This document shows, one piece after another, positions 39,376 to 53,104 of a DNA stretch of 64,000 nucleotides. This stretch comes from Chrysomallon squamiferum. Its lineage: Eukaryota > Animalia > Mollusca. Where the stretch lies: positions 3,844,001 through 3,908,000 of the forward strand of contig CM022668.1 in the NCBI GenBank assembly GCA_012295275.1. Direction: 5' to 3'. The notes under the pieces were generated by a model that worked only from the letters and a program-made list of their open reading frames with translations, had not been told where the DNA came from and made no database searches. Position 1 is the first letter of the stretch, and the number at the start of each line of letters is the position of its first letter. Made by a program: the position numbers and the translations under genes.

Positions 39376-41950
39376 TGCTTTAAACACGGATTATATTTAT
39401 CAGATTAACCAGAAGAAGAATAACAACAACAACAACAACAATAATAAAAATATCAAAATCCGCGATCACTCTTTTTCGTAACGGCAGACAATTTGTTCTC
39501 AGGTTAATTTTAGCAACAGCAGTTTTATTTACAAATTATACTCGTAAAATATACTAATAGGCCTAATAATTAAGGAAAAAAAATTAAAAATATATAATTT
39601 TTAAAAAATAATAATACAAAAATTAAAAGATAAATTAGAGGGAGAAAAAGAGACACACTTCTGTTGCCACATAGACAAAGGTGCAGTATCAACTTGTGAT
39701 ATAACTAATAATAAGTTCTAAAATTAAGTTAAAAAGCTGATTTTGTCAGCAAGATTTATTGACCTCTGCTATTAGGACTTGTCTATTTATAGCAAGCCTA
39801 GCGTTAATAAAATCAGTCACATTTTTCACTGTTTTATCGTTTAAATACACACCAGCATTCTTGTTCATGCTATATTTATCCTCAGTTTTAAAATTTTTAT
39901 CCAGGGAAGGATGAACATTTTGCCAGAGTATTGCTTTAAGTCTGTAGTTTAAGATAGAATTTTATTTTCTGTTTTGGGGTTGTTTTATATATATATATAG
40001 ATAGATCTATTTCAAACTGTTAACCTTTCAACACCATTCCTGAGTTTTTCTTTTCTGTTTTTCTCTCTCTTTTTTTTTTTTTTTTTTGGACATACTTTTC
40101 CCTTGGTTTGTAATCTAAGACTTGCGTGCTAGCTGAAAAGATGACGGATTGTTTATACAAAGCAAGGTGGCAGCTTGGTTGCTATGGGAAACAGTGTCAT
40201 AAGGCACTTTAAATACATTTAGTGTTTATCGGTTTCTTGGTTAGCATAAATCGATGCGCTAAATAAGCTAGGAGAGGGAGTTTCGCCGTACATTTGCTAG
40301 TCAAACAGAAGATAAACAAGAAGAAAAGATTTTGAATTAATTTCAGAGAGCTTTGGTAGAGGAACGAATGGTTCGGAGAGTAAGGTTTTACATATTAAAA
40401 TAGTTAATACGAGCCACACTACATTAATTTAATTCCCATTCAAACCAGGTAAGAACCAAATAGAACCAACAGCACAGTGATAGTTTGAATAACTGGTTTC
40501 TTATGCTGAAAAATATGGACTGTTATTTGGACACTAGAATTCAGCTTATATTCCGAAATTCTTCTGTGTTATTTGTTTTTATTTTATTTTATTTTTTAAA
40601 TAAATATTTGCAAATTCACCTAATGTTTAGCATAGCGCTCAGAGTGACACGAAATGTCATCTTCTTGCCTCGAGTTAAGGTCAGCCATACTTTTGTGGGA
40701 ATGTTAATTATTTGAGTAACTATTCAGTACTATCAGACATAACTGGCATAGTTCTGACGCAGGGAGCTGACGCTTACCAGTAACTAATTCGCTTACATAT
40801 GTAGCCCATTCGTATGCGTTAAAGAATGATCTAATTTCATGAGTTATTACGTTTGATGAAATATCATATTACGTCCTGACCCAAAGCTGCACGAAGAGTG
40901 ATGATATAAAGAATGTGAACTTTATTTTAGAATTGTCGGCATGTGAAAATGAATTATTTTTATTAGATTTGTGATATACACACAAACACACACAGAAAGT
41001 GTACATGTCCATTGTTAGCCTTTTTAATATTATGTCTAATTATATATTATTTTAATCCAAATGTTTTTTCAGCATCGTGTCCATTTCAGTACGTCTGTTA
41101 CATTTCTAGTTTTATTTTGTTTGGTAAGACGTGCCGAGCTTACTCAACAGCTGTCTGTACAAACAGAAAGTTGTATGGTGCTTGTGATTATTAGGTCAAG
41201 GCTGTTAAATAAACATACTGTGAAAACTTAGATAAGTGTCAGTTAGTTTAATATATATATATATTTTATTAAAGCAATTATTTTTATTTTTATTTTGTTT
41301 TTAGTTTTTGTTTCGTTTTTGTTGTGGAAACTGTGAAATGTTATAAATACAAATCTCAAAAAATAGTGGGTTCAGCATGTATTCTAATGGTTCCAAATTA
41401 ATAAATAAACTAATAATATTACTACCAGTATTTCGTCATTTTTAAACTGATAGTCAGTTTCTTTGTCCGGTCGTAAGCAGCAGAAATAAAACTCACAGCG
41501 GAGAGCACGCCATGTCGGGTTTCTTTCTTTTTACTGAAGAAAGCGACTCTATTGATGTAACATCTGTTACCGCGGGTCTCCCGTCGCCGCGCATAACGAG
41601 GTCACAAACAAAGAGAAAGCTGATTTCAACACCACTGCACCTAGGTCTGTGTTTCCAGTCGTATTAAACTGAAATAACAGTGGTCAGTGTCAACTTAATC
41701 AGTTATATCATAATAACAACAACAGCAACAACAACGTATACAGTAATAATAGCAGTAACAATAATACTAGCAAAAATAATGTAGATCGTCAAGATAAACA
41801 TTACACATGTCTTTTGTTTAATTAGAAACAAAGAAGTATTAAAGAACAAAGAAAAATATATTAAACAGCTGTAAGTTTAATTATGTACGGATCAACGCAA
41901 GGCCAAAAATACTAATACGAAAAAAGATACAAAGAGGTAACAAAAAACTA

Positions 41951-41993
<43 letters not shown>

Positions 41994-43379
41994 ATTAGTT
42001 CAGATTTAATATTATTATTAACAACAAGAGTATGTTGATTTACAAGTTATTTTTACTGTAACTACGCCTAATATATTATAATTTTATTTATTATTGTTGT
42101 TATTGTTACTGGTATATCATATATGTCTATAATTACTGTAATGAGAGAAACTCAAACACAATTCTGATAGAGGAACTAAAACACGGAAACCGGAAACCGG
42201 AACATCCTTGTAGATAGAGTAATTTTAACAAGAATATTTTTATCTCTGTTTTAGAGTACCATTTACAACAACGGTGATATTACTTTTTAAAACCTATCAT
42301 TAAAAATATTATTTTTATAATAAAACTTTGCTATAGAAGTTTATAATTTCTCTGTTATACCAGTGATTTTAGAAAATATATTAACAATTAAAAATTTAAA
42401 TATTTAAAAATAATTATGTAAAAAAAAAAAAAAAAAAAAAATAAAAAAATAAATAAAAAAGTATATAAAGCTTTTTTTTTAACTACAAAATAAATAATAG
42501 AACTTTAATAATAAAGTAAGTTTAACACTAATTCTGTCATTATTACTGAAAGTATTAAAGAAAGAAAATATTCAAATGGTTAAATTATCTCTGGAAACAG
42601 AATAATACTAGTAATTTTTTCTCTCTATATTGCATCATGAAAAGTAAAACTAACATTTTTATCAGCAGGATTTATCTTTTGACGGAACAATATTATTACT
42701 AACTTATAGCCCAAAGGGGAAAAAAAAAAAAAGAACACAAAAGAAAGATAATAAAACAAGAATTGAAAAATTCAGGAGTGTCCAGTAACTAATACAAGAT
42801 AGAGGTGCAAAGTTAGGAGCCCCTTCACCCAATAAACAAACAAATAAATTAATAGTATTTTAATAATTAAATGTTTTAATTAATATAATATATAAACATC
42901 CAGAATTTAATACTTAAAATAAGTTTTATAGAAGTGTCGTTTTAGGATTGTACACAGGACTTAACACTGTATGAAAATAAACCTACAATTTAATATTTAA
43001 AAACATGGTGGTTCTTTCTTTTTGACGATCGCGGTAATTGTTGTTTGATAATTTTTTTTTTTTTTTTTTTTTGTGTGTGTTTCACGCCGTCATCCATGCA
43101 TTAAAACTCTGTATTCACCGGTTGGGAGGCCACATTTAGGATAACTAAAAGGGAGTCTGTAGCTTTAAATATTTATCGTTTTCAAATCATTGTCAGTTTA
43201 TCGCTATAGTCAACAAACGTTGCGTTTTATTGATTTTTCTCGCTGTCGATTCCAACAAAGGATTTTCAGTTTTCGTTGTTTCAAGCTTTTAATTTCGCTT
43301 CCCTCTCTCCGCACCCACTTACAAGCGTTAGCTTTTCTCTCTCATACACATCCCCAGTGGTCAGTTACCTAATTCTAAT

Positions 43380-43686
43380 CGTGCTAAACGTTCAAGTCAT
43401 GGTTCGCTTGCTCCTCTTTGTTTCCCCCGATGTTTCGCTATAGACATTCCTCGCCCTGACGAAAGCCAACTGGTTCAGAACTCAAGGTCGCTCGCTGAAT
43501 TCGTTTACGGCTTGTCGCTAAACTCCATCTCACTGTGCAGAGGAAAATGGCTGGTTGACGTCGCAGACGGCAATTCGGGAGGACGAAAAATTGAGGTTAG
43601 TGAAGAAAAACATCGTCTGTCGAGTTCAAAAAAGACATACTTAGTTAAGAAACTGTGCTCTTTCGAATGGTAGTGGATTTATCGAG
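43380..43686 (+). other. Putative non-coding first exon/promoter of the acidic-protein gene
   Basis: CpG-dense segment preceded by pyrimidine-rich sequence and ending at the donor GAG|GTAGGA (43687). The link to the 56137 acceptor is inferred. Confidence 0.35.
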
Positions 43687-45959
43687 GTAGGAGAAATAGA
43701 TTTTAAATTTTTTACTTTTAGCCAAAATGCGAGTGTTGTCATTTGTTAAAATTGTTGAAAGCAATCGATATCGAACCAGCGCGGTTCTTGTCGATGTTTA
43801 CCCCAGTCGGCTTTGTTAGTCGAGAGAAAACAAAGCGGTTTTCAGTTTACACACGTTTAAGGGGAAAACATGTCCGTGCCCTGTAGCGTCTTCTACAACA
43901 AAAACGTTCTTATTAAAAAAAAAAAAAAGATACAAACTGAAATTCTATATCGCGTCTCTTTTATTTTACAATTTTGGTTGGCACCATCCACTAATACAAT
44001 AAAATATTTTATTTACTCTTTTGAATCTTTATTAAATATTTAAACATTTAATAATTTCTGGAATTTTGAATTTTTTAAATCTTATCTGGGGGTCTGGTTA
44101 TGGCAGGCGATAATGTAGTCTGTTAATGGCATCATGATAGGCTGGTTACGTAACATGGAGTGTCTGCTAGCTTCCATGCCACCAAATTGAAAATATTCTG
44201 GGCTCGTCCATCTCGGATGTGAAGGGGAGCATAAAAACTAATATGCATCAAAACTTGGAAGCAACGATAGGAACAAATGTCGATTTAATTTTTTGTTTAA
44301 ATTAGATGCATATTTTAGCAATTTCTACGTTATTTGTTGATGACGTGTTTGGACTGTGGAGAAATCTTGGAGCAGGAGCTTTTACCATTGTCTCTGCAGT
44401 CATTGGCCATTTTGACTTAAAATCGACTTTCCAAATGGCACGTTCCATGGTTAATGTAATTTAGATATATTATACATTTTGCAGATTTACAGTAACAAGT
44501 TATCAATAATTTGGCTGATTTTCGTTTTTTTTTTTTTATCGGTAATTCTTTTTTTATACGATTTTTGCAGAGGAAAAAATAAAATTCAGTTTGAAAATGT
44601 TAAAAATAATCATAATGTAAGTAAATATTTATTAAATAAGTGTTCTGAATCAGACTAAGGCCTGTTAAATATTAATTTTTTTTGTTTTGCTTTATTGCAC
44701 TCGTGACTGACAACTGCTTTATTCTGACAACATGAATAATTTGACAATTTCACTTTGTTCTATTGATCATTCAGGTAGATGTACTGAAGTATCGTTTCGG
44801 GGCAAGTTATAAATATGTCATAAATGTATTCTGAAATTAAGGCGCATATACACTAAACAATTAAAAGAAATATTTAGTAATATACCAGTAAATAAATTTA
44901 AATGAAATATATAACAATGCGCGAATGGCTTGTGTTAAATGCACATTGACCTGCTCGCTGAAATTTGAGAAGTTCTGAGCGATTACTGTGTATTTTTCTT
45001 ACGGATCAGACAGCCTAAACACAAAACTGGTATTTGGAATTACTGACTATTTCGTTACTTAAACTGCATCACCTGGTGTTGTTACACGGGGGATTATAGC
45101 TCGTAACATTAGGTCATTAAAGGAATTCACAATACTGCTTGTTTACCCAGCCCACCACCCTGGGGCAGTAATGTAAACAATAACAAAACATTCTTCATTC
45201 AAACGAGCCGCTTAGGACAAAAACCTTTTTGTTTAACGTTTCTCTCGTTTGGAATTTATTGTTATTGCATTGTGTTTGCATCTGGACTTGAAATGTTATT
45301 CTGTTTATTCACTTTGGTTTTCTTTTTCATAATCGCTCTGTGATATTGTTACATTTTGGATTTTACTCTGAATACAGTATAAATTTACTGTTTGATTTCA
45401 TCTTAAAGCATTAATTAAAACAACAAAAACTTACAAAAAAGTATAAAATTCAACAACTAAATCAGTCGAGACGTAACATTAACAGATATGAAACGATTAT
45501 CAATAATTGTCAGTTTTTTGCGCTTTACATTTCAACTCGTCAGTAACTACGACTTGTAGCTAACGGCAAGTATAACGGAGTTAACTGAAGTAAATTATTT
45601 TTTTTTTGTCTTTCTGTATATTTACTATCCCCCTCTGTATATTTACTATCCCCCTCTGACACACCTCCCCCGTTTTGTACCAGCACGGAAAAGAAAACAA
45701 TGGATAATTTAAGAGTACTTAACCCTCGTCGGAAGTGACCGTTTTAGAGGCTGGGTCAGGTTCAATAACTCGACAGAGAGCAAAACGTTAATTCTGACGT
45801 CTGCCAAGCTTGGTCGCTGTAACCTAGTTTTATTGCACTGCAGTGCATCACGAACTCTTATCCAGCCTAAATATTTCACCAAATTGTTGCGATTCCGTGC
45901 CACTCCCAAACAGCCGTGAAGTAGTATTTTGCTAGTAAAAGTCTGTCCAGCGACCGAGG

Positions 45960-46080
45960 AGCACGCCAGGGTATCGTCTTTCACTGATAGCAGAGCTCCG
46001 ATATCGGAGTTTAGTAGAAAGACGAAGAAGAGCGAAGCGCGCCGATAACCAGCGTTCGGCAGTGACTAAGAGTGGCCACA
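45960..46080 (+). other. Putative alternative non-coding first exon
   Basis: CpG-dense segment ending at a strong donor ACA|GTGAGT (46081). Confidence 0.35.
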
Positions 46081-49000
46081 GTGAGTATTATCGATTTGTT
46101 CTATTTGCAGTTATGGTAATGTTGCGCCATTTCGCTTTAACCAGCCGCAAGCTGGACTACAAATACATTGCCCTTACTAACCTATAAAAACATGGGATCG
46201 TTTAGGGCTTGGAAGTGGGAGGGATGACTGGAGTGAAAAAGTAAATTCTAACCACAAGATAAATGATGCATTTCTATGACAACGAGGTGTTTATCTAGCA
46301 GTAAAATTGACGTTGTCGTCTGCTCGCGTGTTTCAGGCACATTGAGTCATCCGAGTGTTCTGTCATGTATGCGAGTGATAAATAATGCAAGATCGGTATC
46401 TGGCTACCAGCCTGAAAGCAGTTGTTAGTGAGTCATTTCAAGATACCCGATCACCGATTACTTTTCTTTGTGGGTCATGAAAAAAAAAATCTTCAAGTTT
46501 ACCTCAATAGGTATGAGTAATATTTAACTGGTCACTGTGAATATTTTCGTCTGTCATCATTAAAACAAAGTCTGAGAAATCCAAGCTCTTTTTTTATTTT
46601 TTTTATTTTTACAAATATATATTTAATCTTTTAAAATGTTGACTTCTGTGAAATATTTATTATGTGTTTATAAAGAAGTATTCAGAAATGGAGTACCATG
46701 TTTAATTTAGAAGTTTAGTAAAATCGTGTTTTTTGTATACAGAAGATAAAACATAAATAATTACACGTCAAAACGCCCTTTCTGCTGTATAGTGCAGTGC
46801 AACGCATATCTGCAGTGCACTGTGACACGAAAACAGACAAATATTGACACGTCATAAACAAAACAAACAAAAAATAAGAAAGAAAAGAAGTAGACTGCAT
46901 TTGTTCGAACTTGTCGGCTAAGCACGTTGTTTCCGGTATAATAATTAATTAACCTTGGAATGTAGGTTGTTAGTGTCACTAAACAGTAGCAGGTACGTAC
47001 TTTTCTGTATACAAATAATTAGGGGTCTCAAAAAATCCTTATTAAACAATTGTTTATTAACTGTATACGTTTGGTTTTGGTTACAATGTTGTGAAAGAGG
47101 AAACTCTTCTGTTTGCTCCTGTACATCGTCAACAAACGATATTTTATAAACTCGTTCTTTAAACAAGGAAGCACAAACAAATGTTTCTTTTAACCCGTAA
47201 TATGTTAATTACTACTTTTCAAATCTGAGTAAACAGGGCTGACTTCATGAAGCAACAGAACTGGAATCTCTGTATAAACAGCACAGCTTGACACAACTAA
47301 TGATACTTAATTTTAAAATAACATTTCCCCTTCTTTCTCTTTTCCCTCAGTTTTTAATTAAACTTGAAACAGGATATGAGAAACAACAAATTATTGCGAT
47401 TCCGACTAAGTATAAATTTAAAAATATGCTTTTATTTCAACTAATAATCCATTAAAAAAATATAATCTACATTCGATCAAGTTATACTCAAATAAACATT
47501 GTTATCTGCAATTACAATTCGGCTTGGATTTCTTGTCTACGAAGTGTCAAATTAATGTCACAGTATCATATGTTTTGAAAAGTTCAGTGTTTTTTATTAA
47601 ATTGTTATATATTGGTTTAATCAAGCTGTGTATGTGTATAGACACGCACATGTATGCCATCAAGTTGTAGGCAGATACTTGAACAGGTGGCAGAAAAGTT
47701 AATGTAATTAAGAAACGGCTGATATTTCTCCGATTTTAAGTTCTGTGCACATATAGAATATTTAATTGAGTAGGCCACGTAATCTCTGCATTGCTGATGA
47801 TTATTTTAAAAAATACGAAATTGTATTAAGTGAATATAACAGTGTTGGAAAACGGCGCTCCACTAACCAATCAATACAAAAAATCGATCTTTGATCCAGA
47901 CGATGTTGTCTATTAACCTAATTCCTGCCCCACTCGACAAGTGGACGTTAGACCCGCGACCTGCTCCCACCTGATAACATCGCTACTGAATCACTTAGTT
48001 CCAGGATCGTGCAATCCTGTCAGACTGGAAATAAAATTTACCAAACTGACGACACGCCTTTAATATGGGTCCCGTGACCAAGCAGCAGTTGACAGAGGAT
48101 GGCGGCATAATTACCTGTGTTGTTGCTGCCGTCGTCCCCAGACATTAAATGCTGGATGCATTCTCCCAATCTGTTCATCATATTTGTGTTCACAGCTGAT
48201 CAGACGACGCCATCTGCTTGTGAAAGCGTTTTTATATCAAAGTTGTATCTTATCACAAAGAACACTAATATCAAATTTCAAATCAAATATAATTTAATTA
48301 GTCAACCGAATTATTTCTAAAGCTCTCAGCCAAATGTTCACTCCAGTGATGCCATGATAGAAGAAACTTCGGTTTATACAGCAATTACAAATAAATCACA
48401 ACAAGCTGATGAGGTACAGTTGGTACTGGTTGGTACAGTTGGTACAGTTGGTACTGGTATTGCCCGCACTGCATTAGTCGTGGTGTATATTTTATACACA
48501 AATTTATTCTGCAGCTGGACGATCGAAAATGTTAAAGAATCACACAGAGCAGTTTATATTTTCTGAAAGCAAGATTTATTTACATCGACGCTTCATAAAA
48601 TACTCTATGAAAAGAAATGGAATGTTTAAATACTTTAATAAAATATTACTTTTTAGCAATTGTTATAGACCATCTTTCTGTTGGGACATTTCATTTCAGG
48701 ATAATTTGGTGTTTCAACTATTTTTAAAAGTTTTATTAAATACTTTCTGGGAATGTGACATTTTCATTTTAGTTAAAACAGTCACTAGTTTTTGTACACT
48801 TGAATTCACGCTGGCTTACACCCACACTATGTATGACACAAGACAGCATATCGTTTTGCACAACCAACGGACATCCGGGAATTATCTTAGATAAAGTCCA
48901 GTGATTGCATTACTCGCTGTCAGCTTCCTATCAGATTACAGGCGGTAAAAAGGGTCAGATCCGAGCAGTTGTAAAGGGATGGTATGTTTCAATGCATAAA

Positions 49001-49274
49001 AACAAACAAACAAAAAAAACAACAGTTGGTATAGGACTTGAAGCTGAGGATTAGGCACTGACATGTATATATATAGATAAATAGAAATATTTATTTGACA
49101 GGACACCAGCATTAAGTTTATGACAGCATTATTTTATCTTATATTTTTTAACAATTTTTTTTAACTTTTTGACAATTTGAAGAAAAAATAAACAAGCCTG
49201 AAGAGAATTTTTTCTTTATATGCAGTATTTAGTAAACTTTGATGTGAAACGATAAGGAAGAATAAAATAATACA

Positions 49275-49375
49275 ATTTGAAATTACGTAATTTGTCATCT
49301 TAGTCTTTAACTTGGCAGTAGTTGAATTAATTAATTTACACATTTTGCTATCAGTGTAAACAGCAATGATATATT
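49275..49375. repeat. Interspersed repeat fragment, related to ~53965-54065
   Basis: AATTAC(G/A)TAATTTGT...TGGCAGTAG...TACACATTTTGCT...TCAGTGTAAACA occurs at both positions in the same orientation. Confidence 0.55.
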
Positions 49376-50608
49376 GATTAATACTGCTCATTAAGATTCT
49401 TTCTGTTGCTTGTAATAAAGAGAAAACCTGCCCTGTATTTTCTTGTCTGTTTTTTAATGTCGAAGGCTCCTGTGTACCTGTACACGTAAACAAGCAATAA
49501 TTCAGATTCGATTTAGAACCGACTGACTTGCTAAATGGTAATGACTACACATTTCACGTTTTAAGTCTTTTAAAAACAATGTATTTAAAATTACACGCAC
49601 ACACACTCATACAAATATGCATACACATACACGCGCAAACATACATACGCGTATACATAGACACATACACACATACATACAAATATAAACATACGCAGTA
49701 CATTTGTACATTCATAGACATAAATATGTGAAAGAAAAACATAACCTTGTATGTTTACATTGACAGGTGTATTTGAGTTTGTGATGGCTAACAAGGTTAT
49801 ATGTGGTAAAAAAAAAAAAAAAAATTATTTAAAAAAAAAAATATCTTTGCATGAAGCAGACTATTGTAGTAACGCACTCGGCTGACTAGAAACAGCGCAC
49901 ATAGAGTGAATACAGCAAAGGGAAAAGGTGAATCTCTTTATCTGTTTTAAACAGGTCATCTCAGTTTTTGATGCGTGTAAACTTTATATTTCCCAGAGCT
50001 ATAAGGATTTCTTTTTCAAAACGTTTTGACCTTCATGACTCATCCATTTGAATACATTATTTAAATATATAGCTATTGATTATGACTTAAATTCAGTATC
50101 ATGTCCGTAAAGAAAGAGAAAAACGACAAATAAAAATAGCAAATACTTTAGAGCTAAAAGGTGAGCCCTGGATATTAGAATACTGGTTAGTAATAAATAT
50201 TTATTTTAGTACAGCTACAGTTGTAAAAGGAATTGAGTATGCTCCTTTTGGCAAAAAACAAACAATAATAATAATAATGAATTAAGAAAAGCAAACAAGA
50301 ACAACCTTTTTTGTTGTTGTTGTTGGGTTTTTTTTTCGTTTATTTTTGTTTTGTATAACTATTGATAATTTGAATTATAAATCAGTAAATAATTTTTATT
50401 TACCTGTAACATGTTATAATCTGAATATGACAGATTCACATTTAAATTATTAATTCACTGTGAATTTAAGGGCCAGCCTCCCATCAAAATTTACGTCACG
50501 CCGTTTGTTCTACGCTGTACCCTGTTATGACGTCATAACAAAGCATTATTCAGTTGTACAGCAGTATTTCGAATTGGGAACAACCCAGAATATCTTAATT
50601 AATTTTTA

Positions 50609-50647
<39 letters not shown>

Positions 50648-51369
50648 TATATTTTTATCTAGTTACTTTTACAGAGATTTTTCTGTTAATTATAAACTTT
50701 TCTTTTCTTTAGATAGTTTTATAAACATGTGCCAATTAAAAAATGTGTTTAGTATTAGAAGATCCATTTGTATTTTAGATATACGTTACTAGTTTGACTG
50801 TGAGTGTGAGGTTTCTCTTCCCAGTACGAAGTGTGAGGTGGGTCACGGTCAGTAGGGAAGTGCTACTTGTAACACGCTGAAAGGCAGGGGGGTCTCCTCG
50901 TCATGCATTTGGCAGCTCGCGCAGGTGAGGTCGCCTGTTAGGCAGCAGTGGGGGGTGGGGGAGAAAAGTAGTTTTCGATGTTGATCTGTTGTATTTCAAG
51001 TGCAGAGACACATCTTCAACTATTCAGGACTGCGCACATGTATCTTATGATGCTTCCTATGACAAGACCGGACTCCTGTTATCTCTTTATCAGCAAGATG
51101 TTGATAACTGCCTTTGTTCATTGTCTCCGATGAACTGAGGATGTTTAATTTTACAAGTTGGATCTTGGTTTCATAAAGTGACTATAATAATTTTGTGTTA
51201 TGTCGGTAGTATATTTTAAATAGGTACCATGAAGCTGTCTGTTACTTTGGCACTTTTATATCTTAAGATGCTGTTGCTACTACTACTATTACTACCACCA
51301 TAACTACTAATACTACTGTTACTACCACTACTACTGTTATTGCTGCTGCAGCTACTATTACTGCTACTA

Positions 51370-51405
<36 letters not shown>

Positions 51406-53043
51406 TCTGAAATTTTACTAAATAATTATTGTAAATATACAGTGCATAGTTACCATTACCAAGAGCACACAAAATTATGGACGGTCGGTCAGCTACTACA
51501 TTGGCGCCAGTGGGTCATTACCATAACCGAGTAATACAACAGCGCCATGTTGGACGGTGATTAACGACACGAATACACTGTTACAATTTAGTTTGCTAGT
51601 TTAAACAGCAGGCACGGGTCGCGTGCTCCGCTCGAACATTTACGGGAAACGGGCGAAGTGCGCCGATTGTAAGTCCTTATTTTTCAATAAACAGCTCTTG
51701 TGCAGCCTGTTGCCACGTAATACTGTATACAACATGCGCTATCGATCTGAGCGTGCTTAATACATTCACACTGATCGATAACAAAATTCTCCAAACTCGC
51801 ACAATATTAGAATTTTATATTTGTGCACAGAGAACACTAGGAAAATTTGTTTATTCAGTTTATATATACTCCCGAGAACATGAAATGAACCATTATTTAA
51901 ATAAATAAATACATAAAAAAATAAAAAAAAAATAATAATAATAATTTTTACAAGTATTAATGTCGTGCACTATGATGTCGTGTGGACGTTGTTCCATTAA
52001 TTGTAGGAAAATTAGAATTATTTTCTGTTTTCAGTATTGTAATAAGAAAAAATGAATAACATTTTAGAAACTGTTTAAATATAAACACAAAATAAAAATG
52101 CAATCAGAAATAAATAAATAAATAAATTACAATATTGAAATAAATATTATACGTATTAACTGTGGTACCAAACATGTTCTTAATGTGAGCAATAAAATGG
52201 ACTGGAAGGTTTCCAGTTAGGTGGTTAAACTGCTTATTTATCACATGAATTAATTATTGGTGTTATTCCTTCAGAAAACCACTGTTCTCATACGAAATCA
52301 TGGAAATGAAGCATTCTAATATTATGTATGAATAGATCATGCCGATCCATACTATGATTCACATAATTATTTTTAACAAATAAGATTATACAGGCAGCTA
52401 GACTGCAAGATGTTTTATAGCATTTTTACATGTTTGGCATGTGTTGTGAATTATAAAGATGCGAGATGACGCAGGCTGAATGCGGATTTAGAGAGACAAA
52501 GCAGACGATGCACTTTGCCGCCTCTAGCTAGCCGGTATTAGAACTGTAGCAGTTGCTTCCACGATCACTGATGCGCGCGCGCACACATACATTCCAGTGT
52601 GGCCGGTCCGAGTTGAAGCCGACTCCCGTGTACAACCCGAACAGTTGAGATTTACATAAAACATTCCATGGACTAACAGACGGCTCATGTCGAGATCCCC
52701 TGTCAACATGGAGGCGGTATCGCTTACAAACTACCGTGCAAATTTACTTTCGCGCGCCTCCAATCCTTTACTCGGTACACTCACAGTTGCTGCAGCCATC
52801 TGGTCGCTGTCGAGTTGCTTAAGGAGGGGGAAGGGGGATTCTTGTGTGTAAAGATAGAATAAACACGGCACGCCTAAGTTTTCCACATACAGAGAGAAAT
52901 CTTTTTATTTTATCACTTATTTTTTCAGACAGTTTCAAACCAGCAGAACCATATGCTGTATGAATTGCAACATGAGTATTTGTAATTTTAAACCTTAAAA
53001 AAAAAGAAGGAAATCCCAAAACCCGTTGATCTTAGACTCGACA

Positions 53044-53104
<61 letters not shown>

